This document shows, piece after piece, positions 26,511 through 35,539 of a stretch of 64,000 nucleotides of DNA. Origin of the DNA: an uncultured Chloroflexia bacterium (GTDB taxonomy: Bacteria > Chloroflexota > Limnocylindria > Limnocylindrales > CSP1-4); NCBI GenBank assembly GCA_963771795.1, contig CAVYUR010000002.1, positions 23,557 through 87,556 on the forward strand. Reading direction: 5' to 3'. A model generated the notes under the pieces. The model made no database searches. It worked only from the letters and a program-made list of their open reading frames with translations, and was not told the origin of the DNA. Every line of letters begins with the position of its first letter. Position 1 is the first letter of the stretch. The translations under genes were made by a program, and so were the position numbers.

Positions 26511-26644
26511 TTCTTCGCGCAGGAGCGCCCTGTAGTGGGGTCGGACCTGCCCTAGGGTTCCCCGGGCGAACATTTGGCCAATTGCAGTCGCTGGGGCGGC
26601 CCCGACACCCGCCGGAAGCCAGTCCCTCGGCTATCCTGAGTCCG

Positions 26645-27700
26645 ATGGCACGCCAGCTCTCACGCAAGGTCCCGCTCGCCGAGCTCCACTGCCACCTCGG
26701 CGGCGCGGTGACGCCGGCGATCATGTGGAGCATCGCCCACGCCCAGGGCATCAAGCTCCCCACCCGCGACTACTGGGAGTTCCGGGACTCGATCACGGTC
26801 TCGGACAAGCGCAGCCGGTCGTTCGACGGGTACCTCCAACTCTTCCACTGGACGGAGCTGATCCAATCCTCGCCGCTGGCGGTCGAGCGGGCGGTCTACG
26901 AGGTCGTCGGCGGCGCGTACCGCAAGAACAACGTCACGACGATGGAGCTCCGCTTCAACCCGATGAAGCGAAACCGCGGCGGCGAACAGGACCTCGACCA
27001 CATCATCGCGGCGGCATCGCGCGGGATGGACCGGGCGACCCTCGAATACCCGGTCAAGCCCGGCCTGATCTTCTGCCTGGACCGGGCTTTTCCGTTCGAG
27101 CTCAACGAGATCATCACCGAGAAGGCGATCGGCTGGCGCGATCGCGGCGTGGTCGGGATCGACATCGCCGGTCCTGAATCGGCCACGTTCCGCGTCGCCG
27201 ACTACAAGCGCCTCTTCCGGAAGGCCCGCCAGTACGGTCTCGGGCTGACCGTCCACACGGGCGAGTCCGGGTCCATCGACGAGGTGGCACGCGTGGTCGA
27301 GCTGCTGGAGCCCGACCGGATCGGCCACGGGGTCAAGGCAGCCTACGACCCGCGGGCGATGGCGATGATCCGGGAGCGCGGGATCGTCCTCGAGATCTGC
27401 CCCAGCTCGAACCTGAATACGCGCGTCGTCTCGGGCTGGGACGAGTTCCGCTGGATCTTCGACACATTCCGGCGAAACGAGATCCGCTTCACGATCAACA
27501 CGGACGGGCCGGAGATGCTCCAGACCTACATCCGCGACGAGATGGCGACGCTGGGGCGGCTGGGGATCCTCTCGCTCGAGGACCTCGAGCAGGCGGCTGC
27601 GACGTCACTCGCCTCATCGTTCGTCCCGAACGTCTCCGACGTTCCGGCGCCGCGCCTGGCCCCCGCCACTCGCGAGGTCGTGGAGCGCGAAGAGGCCTAG
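26645..27700 (+). CDS. add: Adenosine deaminase family protein
   Basis: ELHCHLGG, GIDIAGPE, TVHTGE, RIGHG, EICPSSN, INTDGP. Leaderless TATCCT at 26632. Confidence 0.8.
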   Translation: MARQLSRKVPLAELHCHLGGAVTPAIMWSIAHAQGIKLPTRDYWEFRDSITVSDKRSRSFDGYLQLFHWTELIQSSPLAVERAVYEVVGGAYRKNNVTTMELRFNPMKRNRGGEQDLDHIIAAASRGMDRATLEYPVKPGLIFCLDRAFPFELNEIITEKAIGWRDRGVVGIDIAGPESATFRVADYKRLFRKARQYGLGLTVHTGESGSIDEVARVVELLEPDRIGHGVKAAYDPRAMAMIRERGIVLEICPSSNLNTRVVSGWDEFRWIFDTFRRNEIRFTINTDGPEMLQTYIRDEMATLGRLGILSLEDLEQAAATSLASSFVPNVSDVPAPRLAPATREVVEREEA

Positions 27701-28446
27701 GGCGCCTCGGCGGTGGCGCCCGACGCGACCATCGCGCGCAGGTCCGGCAATTCCACGATGCGGTAGGTGCAGCTGCGGTCGCCCGACGCGATGTGGGTCT
27801 CGCGAACGACGTTCGCTCCGAGCACGTCGCGGAACAGGTCCAACTCGGCTTCGCACGGCAATGAGCTCTGGGCGGCGATCCCGAAGATCGCGCAATTGCA
27901 TTGCCGCAGGCGGATCGTGCCGTCGTCGCCGACGCTCGCGCTCGACAGGTAGCCCTGCTCGTCCTGGATGACGGCCAGCTCGCGGACCTTCGCCTCCAGC
28001 GAAGCATCGGCCGGCAGACGCTCGTCGAGCCGGCTCCGGACCTGGTCCGCGATCAGCTGCCGGCGGACGGCGAAGACCCGGGCAACGAGCTCATCGCCCC
28101 CGACCGTACCGACGGCCGCCAGGAGGCCCGCCGCGAGCGCGTCGTAGTTCGAGGGGAAGGTGACCTGCGCGCTGGGCGTCACGTCGTAGAGATGCCGCGG
28201 CCGCCCGACGCCGTGGCGGACCGTCCGCCGATCGACGAAGCCGGCCGCCTCGAGGGAGCGTAGCTGCTGGAGGATGCCGGTCCTGCTTGCCCCGAGCGCG
28301 ATCGCCAGCTGCTCGGGGGAGCTCGGCCCGTCGCGGCGAAGCTGGACGAGGATCTCCCGGCGGAGGCCCGACGCGCCCGGCTGACCCGGGTTGTGGCCTC
28401 GCGGCGTGCGGGAGGTCGGGGACGCCTGAGAGTGCGGCGCAGGCAT
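27697..28446 (-). CDS. HTH transcriptional regulator, SufR-like with C-terminal Cys cluster
   Basis: HTH (LAIALGASRTGILQQLRSLE), GRPRHLY, QCNCAI...CEAEL...CTY. Start set at ATG 28446 behind TAGCCT. Confidence 0.75.
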   Translation of the reverse strand: MPAPHSQASPTSRTPRGHNPGQPGASGLRREILVQLRRDGPSSPEQLAIALGASRTGILQQLRSLEAAGFVDRRTVRHGVGRPRHLYDVTPSAQVTFPSNYDALAAGLLAAVGTVGGDELVARVFAVRRQLIADQVRSRLDERLPADASLEAKVRELAVIQDEQGYLSSASVGDDGTIRLRQCNCAIFGIAAQSSLPCEAELDLFRDVLGANVVRETHIASGDRSCTYRIVELPDLRAMVASGATAEAP

Positions 28447-28523
28447 GGCGGCTAGGCTAGCACTCGCGCCTCGACGCCGCAGGATGGCCCCGGAGCAGGG
28501 GACCATGCGGTACCCTCGGGGTC

Positions 28524-29690
28524 GTGGACCTCGACCTCTCGCCCGAGCATGAGCTGCTCCGCCGGACGATCCGCGACTTCATGGTCAAGGAGGTCGCACC
28601 CGTCGTCGACGAGCACGAGCGCGAACGAAAATTCCCCGTCGACATCGTCCGCCAGCTCGGCGAGATGGGCTGGCTCGGCATCCCGATTCCCGAGGACGAA
28701 GGCGGCGCCGGCCTCGATACCCTCGCCTACGCGATCGCGATCGAGGAGATCGGCCGTGTGTGGGGCTCGCTCGGGTTGATCGTCGCCGCCCACACCAGCC
28801 TCGGCTGCGGACCCATCCACCTCGCTGGAACGCCGGAACAGAAGGAACGCTTCCTCGTCCCGATGGCGTCCGGCAAGGTGCTCGGCGCGTATGGCCTGAC
28901 CGAGCCCGGCGCGGGCTCCGACGCCGGCGGCACCCGAACCACCGCCCGCCACGAGGCCGGCTCAGACGGCGGCACCTGGGTGATCGACGGCGGCAAGAGG
29001 TTCATCACGAATGCCGGCCACGCCGGGACGTACGTGATCACCGCGAAGACGGGTGAGAAGGAGAAGGGCGACGCCGAGATCAGCGCCTTCATCGTGCCCG
29101 CCGACACGCCCGGTTTCAGCGTCGGCCGGCTCGAGGAGAAACTTGGCCTCCACGCATCAGCGACGGGCGAGCTGATCTTCTCCGGTGCGAGCGTGCCGGC
29201 GGCGAACATGCTCGGGCCGCAGGGCGACGGCTTCAGGACGTTCCTCAAGATCCTCGACGGCGGGAGGATCTCGATCGGCTCGCTGGCCGTCGGGCTTGCC
29301 CAGGCCGCGCTCGATGCCTCGATCCCGTATGCCCAGACTCGCGAGCAGTTCGGGCGGCCGATCGGCAGCTTCCAGGGCGTAGCCTTCATGGTGGCCGACA
29401 TGGCGACAGAGATCGAAGCGGCCCGCCAGATGGTCTGGCGGTCGGCCTGGCTCAAGGACCAGGGCCGCGACTACAGTCTGGCTGCTGCCCAGGCGAAGCT
29501 CTTCGCCTCGGAAGTCAGCTCGCGGGCGACCAATAATGGGATCCAGATACACGGCGGCTACGGCTACGTCGAGGAGTACAAGGTCGAGCGCTTCATGCGG
29601 GATGCGAAGCTGACCGAGATCGGCGAAGGGACGAGCCAGGTCCAGCGGCTCGTGATCGCCCGCAAGATCCTCGGCCTCCGCGTCGTCTGA
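28524..29690 (+). CDS. Acyl-CoA dehydrogenase (short/branched-chain type)
   Basis: YGLTEPGAGSDA, KRFITNA, KLGLHASAT, GRISIG, QIHGGYGY, IGEGTSQVQRLVIAR. Confidence 0.92.
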   Translation: MDLDLSPEHELLRRTIRDFMVKEVAPVVDEHERERKFPVDIVRQLGEMGWLGIPIPEDEGGAGLDTLAYAIAIEEIGRVWGSLGLIVAAHTSLGCGPIHLAGTPEQKERFLVPMASGKVLGAYGLTEPGAGSDAGGTRTTARHEAGSDGGTWVIDGGKRFITNAGHAGTYVITAKTGEKEKGDAEISAFIVPADTPGFSVGRLEEKLGLHASATGELIFSGASVPAANMLGPQGDGFRTFLKILDGGRISIGSLAVGLAQAALDASIPYAQTREQFGRPIGSFQGVAFMVADMATEIEAARQMVWRSAWLKDQGRDYSLAAAQAKLFASEVSSRATNNGIQIHGGYGYVEEYKVERFMRDAKLTEIGEGTSQVQRLVIARKILGLRVV

Positions 29691-29797
29691 ACGGCGACAA
29701 ATCGCCACAAGCACGGGTGTAGCATCCGGCCGACACCCCCGCGCGTAAGGCGGGCGGTCGACCACGGTGTGGTCGTGCGAACCAGGAGGGTGGTTCC

Positions 29798-30358
29798 ATG
29801 CACAAGCAGGTCAGCGCCTTGGTATCCGCGGGCAGTTCGCCCGGCAAGCTTGCCCTGTTCGGCAAAGCGCTCGGAGCCGCGGACCTGGACATCGATACGA
29901 TCGGTGGCGCCGAATGGCTCCACGATGGTCCGCTGACGTTCATCCTCAAGGACGACGGCGAGGCGGCCATGCGACGCTTCGCGAGGGTCTGCCACGCTCA
30001 CAAGGTGCCGTGGCTCAGCTTCGCCATCGTCGCTGTCCAGATGAACGACGTGAAGGGTGAGCTCGGAAGGGCTGCCGACGCGGTCGACAACATCAACATC
30101 TACTCGGTGATCGTCCTCGAGTCGTCTGGAGACACGGCCCGGGTTGGACTCGGGATCCGGCCAACGGAGGCCGATGAGGTGGTCAGCCGACTTGGGCGCG
30201 CCGATCCTCCGTTCACGGCGGAGGTTCTTCATCACCCCGATGACCCGAACGAAGGTGTCATCTGGGACGAACGGACCGAGAGCCTCCTCCCGCTCTGGGA
30301 GGATCCGAGCACGCAGAAGGACGACCCTCGATTCTGGCAGTTCCAGAGCGCCGGCTGA
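29798..30358 (+). CDS. ACT-like domain protein, paralogue 1
   Basis: SPGKLALFGKAL..DIDTIGG and DVKGELGRAADAV..INIYSV (ACT-like repeats). Trp-rich tail. AGGAGG SD. Confidence 0.55.
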   Translation: MHKQVSALVSAGSSPGKLALFGKALGAADLDIDTIGGAEWLHDGPLTFILKDDGEAAMRRFARVCHAHKVPWLSFAIVAVQMNDVKGELGRAADAVDNINIYSVIVLESSGDTARVGLGIRPTEADEVVSRLGRADPPFTAEVLHHPDDPNEGVIWDERTESLLPLWEDPSTQKDDPRFWQFQSAG

Positions 30359-30954
30359 TGCATCGCCAGGTCGCATCTTTGATCTCGACCCGCTCGCCCG
30401 GCCGCCTCGCGAAGCTGGGAAGCGCGTTGGGTGCGCGCAGGATCGACATCGCGACCACCGGCGGCGCCGAGTGGAAGCACACCGGGCCCGTCACGCTGAC
30501 GATCAAGAACGACTGGGGCACGGGACCGGACGATCAGCTCCGTGGCTTCGCCGAAGTCATGGCCGAGGGCGAGTTTCCTTGGCTCGTGTTCCGGACGATC
30601 GAAGTCGCACTGAAGGACGAGGCTGGCTCGCTCGGCGCGGCGGCGACGGCGCTCGGTGACGTCAACGTCTACGCCGTCACGATCCTCGAAACCGACGGCA
30701 CCGATGCCCTGGTCGGGCTCGGTGTGCGTCCCAGCGAGGTCGGCGAAGCGATCGAGCGGCTGCGGGCTGCCAAGTACGAGGCACGCCGGCGCCGCCACCC
30801 GAACGAGACCGACGATGACAGCTGGTGGGATGCCTGGGACGACCGGACGGAGCGGCTCATCCCGGACTTCGACAATCCGAAGGTCCGACCCAACGACCGC
30901 AGGTTCTACCAGCTCATACGACCGACTGATCGGGGGGTCGACCGGCGTCGGTGA
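30358..30954 (+). CDS. ACT-like domain protein, paralogue 2
   Basis: TGATG coupling. SPGRLAKLGSAL..IDIATTGGAEW and DEAGSLGAAATAL..VNVYAV. Homologous Trp-rich tail. Confidence 0.55.
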   Translation: MHRQVASLISTRSPGRLAKLGSALGARRIDIATTGGAEWKHTGPVTLTIKNDWGTGPDDQLRGFAEVMAEGEFPWLVFRTIEVALKDEAGSLGAAATALGDVNVYAVTILETDGTDALVGLGVRPSEVGEAIERLRAAKYEARRRRHPNETDDDSWWDAWDDRTERLIPDFDNPKVRPNDRRFYQLIRPTDRGVDRRR

Positions 30955-33900
30955 ACTGACCGGCTCCGACGCGAACCGCGATCGTCGCGGCCTCGACCCG
31001 GTTGTTGACGCCGAGCTTGTCGAGGATGTGGGTGACGTGAACGCTCGCGGTCTTCGGGCTGATGAACAGCGTTTCCGCGATCTCGGCGTTCGACCGCCCC
31101 GCCGCGACCAACTCCAGAACTTCCCACTCTCGTGCCGAGAGGCCGAGGAATCTTGGCCGGATCGGCCGCGACCGGCCCGGTCGGCTCATCCTCGACGGGA
31201 GCCACGGCGGCCGAGGTCGGGGCGGCGAGCAGGATCCGCGACCGCGTCGCGATCGCCTCGATCGCGGTTCGGAGCGGGAGAGCGCCCAAGCTGTCAGCGG
31301 CGGCGTGAGCCTCGCGGAGCAACTTCGCGGCTTCGTCCCGAGGTCCGCGGGCTAGCAGGACGGCCTCTCCCGCGCGCGCTCGAGCACGGGCCGCCGGGAA
31401 CGGCATCGGTACCGCGTCCCAGGCCTCCGCCGCCACGACCCAGGCATCCGATTCGGACTTCCCCTCGAGGCGCGTTCGCTCGGCCTCCACTGTCGCAATG
31501 GTTGCGATGATCGACGGGGTCGGCGTGGCGTCGGCAGTGCCGCCCGCGAGCGTCCTGGCCTGATCGACGAGACCCTCGGCCGCGGCCTTCGCCGCCGTAA
31601 CCGCCGCGGGGTCCCGGAACGCGCGGCCGTTGTCTGCGAGGTCCGCCGCCGCCGCCATCCCGACGACGAGGAGCGGCGCAATCAGCAGGACCTCGTCGCT
31701 CCCCGCGAACTCAGCCAGCGCCTCCTCGACGGCCCGAAGCGCGTCGGCCGGCCGGCCGTCATGGAGCGCCGCCTCGGCGACCGCCTGGAGGAGATACGCC
31801 TGGACGTCCGGGTCGACGTCACCGGTGGCGAGGACCTGCGCGCCCGCCAGCTCGGCGGCGGCGGCGTCCGTCTCCCCGCGGGCCGTCAGGAACATGACCC
31901 GCGTCGCACGCAGGTAGATCGCGCCCGATATGTCCTCCCCGCCGTCGCGACCTTCGGTCGTCATGGCCTCGGCCTCGTCCCAGCGACCGGAGCGCATCAG
32001 GATGTCGCCGGCACTTGCCCGGAGGCCCGCCCCGTAACGGCGCTCGAGACCGACCCGGTTTGCCGTGGCGAGGCCATCCATCGCGACCGTGAGGCCCTCG
32101 TCGAAACGGTCGGTCTGGCTGAGGAAGAACGCCAGGTTGTGCTGCGCACCGATCTGCGACTCGAGCGCGCCGGTCTCCCGGGCGATCCTGACGGCGACCC
32201 GCAGGTGGTCGAGGCCGGCATCGATGTCACCCAGGCCGACCAGGTCCATGCCGAGGAGGTTCAGCAGGCGCGGCTCGCCCTCGTGCGATCCTGCCGCCCG
32301 GAGGGTCGCAAGCGCCTCCTCTGTGATCTCGCGGGATTCGCGGTAGCGCCCGGCAGCCGGAAGCGTGGCCGCGAGCCCGCCGAGGACCCGAGCCCGCTCG
32401 ACGGATGGCGGCTCCGCGGGCACGAGCCCGACCGCCGCCTGGTACTCCGCAACGGACGCCTGGGTCTGGCCGGTCGTCCACAGGTACAGCGCGAGCTTGG
32501 ACCTCAGGATGCCCGCGTGGACCGGATCGGCGGCCTCGTCGATCTCCGCCACCGCGGCCTGGCCGAGGTCCACGGCGAGCGCCCCCTGGCCGTCGCGGTC
32601 CGCGGCCGACGCCGCATGATCGAGCACGCTCGCCCGGTCGACTCCGGCGAGCGTCACCGGGTCGCCGACCCCGTCCCATACCTCGAGCGCTCGTTGGAGA
32701 TGGCGAAGCGCGTCGGCGTGGGCATGGACGGCTGTTGCCTCGTCGGCGGCCTGGACGGAGGCCCGGAGCGCCTCGTGGAGGTTGTCCGCAGCGAACCAGT
32801 GATGGGCGAGCTCGGCGCACGTGCCTCGGGGTACTGCGGCGCCGGCCCGTTCGGGCTCCGCCAGCCAGCCGGCGACTGCCGCGTGGAGTCGTCGACGCTC
32901 GACCGGCAGGAGATCCGCGTAGACGACCTCCGTGAGGAGGGCGTGGCGAAGGCGGTACGTTCCGGCCGCCTCGTCGACCTCTAGGACCTGGCGAGCCACC
33001 GCTTCGCGGATCGCATCGACGAGCTCGCCGTCGGACAAGTCAGTCGCCCGGGCGAGGAGCGCCTCATCCGCGCGAGCGCCGGCGACCGCGACCGCTCCCA
33101 GCATCCGCTGTGCGTCGCTAGACAACCTGGCGACGCGGCTGATGAGAATGTCGCGGAGCGAGCGCGGGATCGATGCCGGTCCGCCGTTGGTGTCTTCCAG
33201 TCCGGCCCGACTAGCCACGATCTCTTCGGCGAAAAACGGGTTCCCCTCCGATCGCGCGTGGATCCGTTCTGCGACGTCACGTTCCGGCCGATGGCCGAGG
33301 ATCCCGGCGACCTGCTCGCGCTGCTCGGCGAGGGTGAGCGGCTTCAAGTCGATGCGCTCGACCACCGGGAAGCGCTCGAGCTCGGCGAGCCTGGCGAGCA
33401 AGGGATGCCCGCGCTCGAGGTCGTCCGAGCGGAACGTCGCGATGATCATGACCCGGCCCTGCTTGAGGTTCCGAGCGAGGAACGCCAGCAGGTCGCGACT
33501 CGCGGGGTCGCTCCAGTGGAAGTCCTCGAGCACGACAACGAGCGGCCGGTCACTGCTCAGGCGGTCGGCCAGGAGGAGGATCAGCTCGAAGAGACGGGCC
33601 TGGTCCAGCGCCCCGCCGGCTGTGGACGGGGCCGCCGGCTCAACCTCGCTATCGGGTGCGAGGAAGCGTGCGAAGCCCGGTGCCACGGCGACGAGCTCCG
33701 GCCCCACATCGCCAAGCAGCCTCGCAAGTCCCTCCGGAGGCAGCTCTCGGCCAAAAACTCGGAGAACCTCCAGGAACGGGCCGTACGGGACGCCCTCGCC
33801 GCCGAGGTCGACGCAACCGCCCACCAGGACCCTCGCGCCCGACTCGCGAGCTCCGGCAGCGAACTCCTCGACGAGGCGCGACTTGCCGAGGCCCGCGTCG

Positions 33901-34016
33901 CCGCCGATGAGGAGGATCGCCGGCACGCCGTCCTCCGCGCGCCGGAGGGCGACGTCAAGTTCGGCGAGTTCGGTCGCTCGACCGACGAGAACGGGACTCG
34001 ATAGCGTGCCCGGCAT
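30914..34016 (-). CDS. LuxR-family STAND ATPase regulator (AAA + TPR + LuxR HTH); apparent +1 frameshift near 31150
   Basis: Walker A GDAGLGKS, Walker B LEDFHW, SEGNPFFAEE. The LuxR HTH LSAREWEVL...FISPKTASVHVTHILDKL is in the 30914-31189 frame. Confidence 0.85.
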
Positions 34017-34064
34017 CCACCGATGATAGGCCCAGCCTGTCTCGCCGCGGTCTGGACCGGACGT

Positions 34065-34802
34065 TCAGCCCGTCGCGGCGAGCCTGACCATGAGCCGGAG
34101 CTCGCCGTTGGCGCCGACGCAGGTCTGGAGCGTCATGCTGGGTTTCGTTTGGGCGGCCCACGCCCACGAAGCGCTCGTCGTCGGCCTGGTGACCTTCCAC
34201 CAGATGACCGAGTAGGTTCGGACCCGGCCCGCGCCGTCGGCGTAGATGACCTTCATGCCCTTGCGCAGGCGCCCGCTCACGTAGGCATCGTGGAGCGCCT
34301 TGAACACGCTGTGCGCGTGGCCCATCAGATAGACATTGTTCCGGCCGGAGCAACCCCAGCGGTAAATGTGGTTGCCCGGCGCCTGGCTCCGCGTGCAGGG
34401 GAACGACGCGACCGACCGCTTGATCCCGAGGGCGGGGATCCAGACGTGATTGCGACCCTTGTATGACGCGGCTGAAGGACTCGTCGAGCGGCTCGGAGCG
34501 ACTACGGCGGCCCGCGCCGTGGTTGCGACTTCGGGCCGGATCGCGGCCGCCCGTCCAAGCGACGGCCGAGCGTGGTTCTGGGGCTCCACGTTGCCGGGAG
34601 CTTCATGGCGCGCGTCACGCGCCGGCGGCACAGCCAGTGCCGCGGCGGCTCCTGTGGGGGCGACGACGGGAGCCACGGAAACGCTGCCCGCGCCGGGCAT
34701 CACGAGGGCGGCCGTTGCCAGCCCGGCGGCTTCGCCGACGAGCATGACCGCGAGGAACAAGGGCAGGAGCAGGCGGCGATGAGAGGTGGTCGAGGGAGCC
34801 AT
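34065..34802 (-). CDS. Sortase-family protein
   Basis: N-terminal TM/signal, HVWIPALGI, GHAH (His), TLQTC (Cys), downstream Arg (LMVR). Confidence 0.75.
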   Translation of the reverse strand: MAPSTTSHRRLLLPLFLAVMLVGEAAGLATAALVMPGAGSVSVAPVVAPTGAAAALAVPPARDARHEAPGNVEPQNHARPSLGRAAAIRPEVATTARAAVVAPSRSTSPSAASYKGRNHVWIPALGIKRSVASFPCTRSQAPGNHIYRWGCSGRNNVYLMGHAHSVFKALHDAYVSGRLRKGMKVIYADGAGRVRTYSVIWWKVTRPTTSASWAWAAQTKPSMTLQTCVGANGELRLMVRLAATG

Positions 34803-34986
34803 ACGGCGAGCATCGACGCGCCGCCCGCCGGCCTCCGTGGCCCGGTGGTCCCGCCCGGGCAGGAACGATGGGACGGGCCCTCGGTCATACGGACGACAGC
34901 AGACCGTCCCTCACGGACCCGGACCGGCCCGGACCGCACCAGGGGGCTGCGCGGCTCGTCGGCCAGCTTCAGCGCCCGTATCTGGA

Positions 34987-35475
34987 TCAGTCGCCGGTTC
35001 CCGCTGCCTCCGTGATCGCCGCCCGGACCGCCGCGCGGAACTCGGGCGCCCACGGCCCCGCGCTGGCCACGACGAACGGCGATGCCTCGATCGAGACGAA
35101 TGCGTCAGCATCCGTCGCGTATGACTGGGCGCAGCCGTCGACGCTCTGGCGCAGACGCTCGAAGCTGGCGCGGTTGCGGAAGATGTAGAGGTACACGCGC
35201 GTCGGTGCCTGCTGGTCGAGCCCGGCCGCGTCCAGCCCGATCGCGGTGCGCTGCAGGGTCAGGTCCTCGCAGCCGGCGTCGCCCGACACGACGTGGTCGA
35301 TCCGGAGCCCGCGCTGCGCCAGTGCGGCGGCGATCCCCTGGAAGTCGGCCGGCGTCGCCGGCGGCGGCGTTGTCGACACACCGCATCCGGCAAGTCCGGC
35401 GACGAGGGCGACCAGGAGCGCTCCGGCCGCGACGACGGACGCCCAGGATCGGGGCGGATGGGGGACGGGGGACAT
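34987..35475 (-). CDS. Hypothetical lipoprotein
   Basis: Lipobox LAGC, two further Cys. Leaderless TAGCCT at 35483-35488. Confidence 0.7.
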   Translation of the reverse strand: MSPVPHPPRSWASVVAAGALLVALVAGLAGCGVSTTPPPATPADFQGIAAALAQRGLRIDHVVSGDAGCEDLTLQRTAIGLDAAGLDQQAPTRVYLYIFRNRASFERLRQSVDGCAQSYATDADAFVSIEASPFVVASAGPWAPEFRAAVRAAITEAAGTGD

Positions 35476-35539
35476 CGGTCGGAGGCTACCATCGGCCGCT
35501 CCGAGGCGCGTCCGCCGCGGTCGATCGATCGTTCGCGTC

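Noticed and set aside
26527-26625. ykkC-type (guanidine/PRPP/ppGpp) riboswitch upstream of add
   Set aside because: CCTAGGGTTCC and ACACC are present, but the GACCGAGC junction and the 3' AAAAG...GGGAG element are missing. A TATCCT -10 seven nt before the ATG implies a leaderless mRNA that excludes this region. An Rfam scan would settle it.
34803-34986. c-di-AMP or c-di-GMP riboswitch upstream of the sortase (GGGACGG/CCGTCCC stem, GGACC repeats)
   Set aside because: A stem exists but the conserved riboswitch nucleotides are absent, and it is not distinguishable from GC-rich background.
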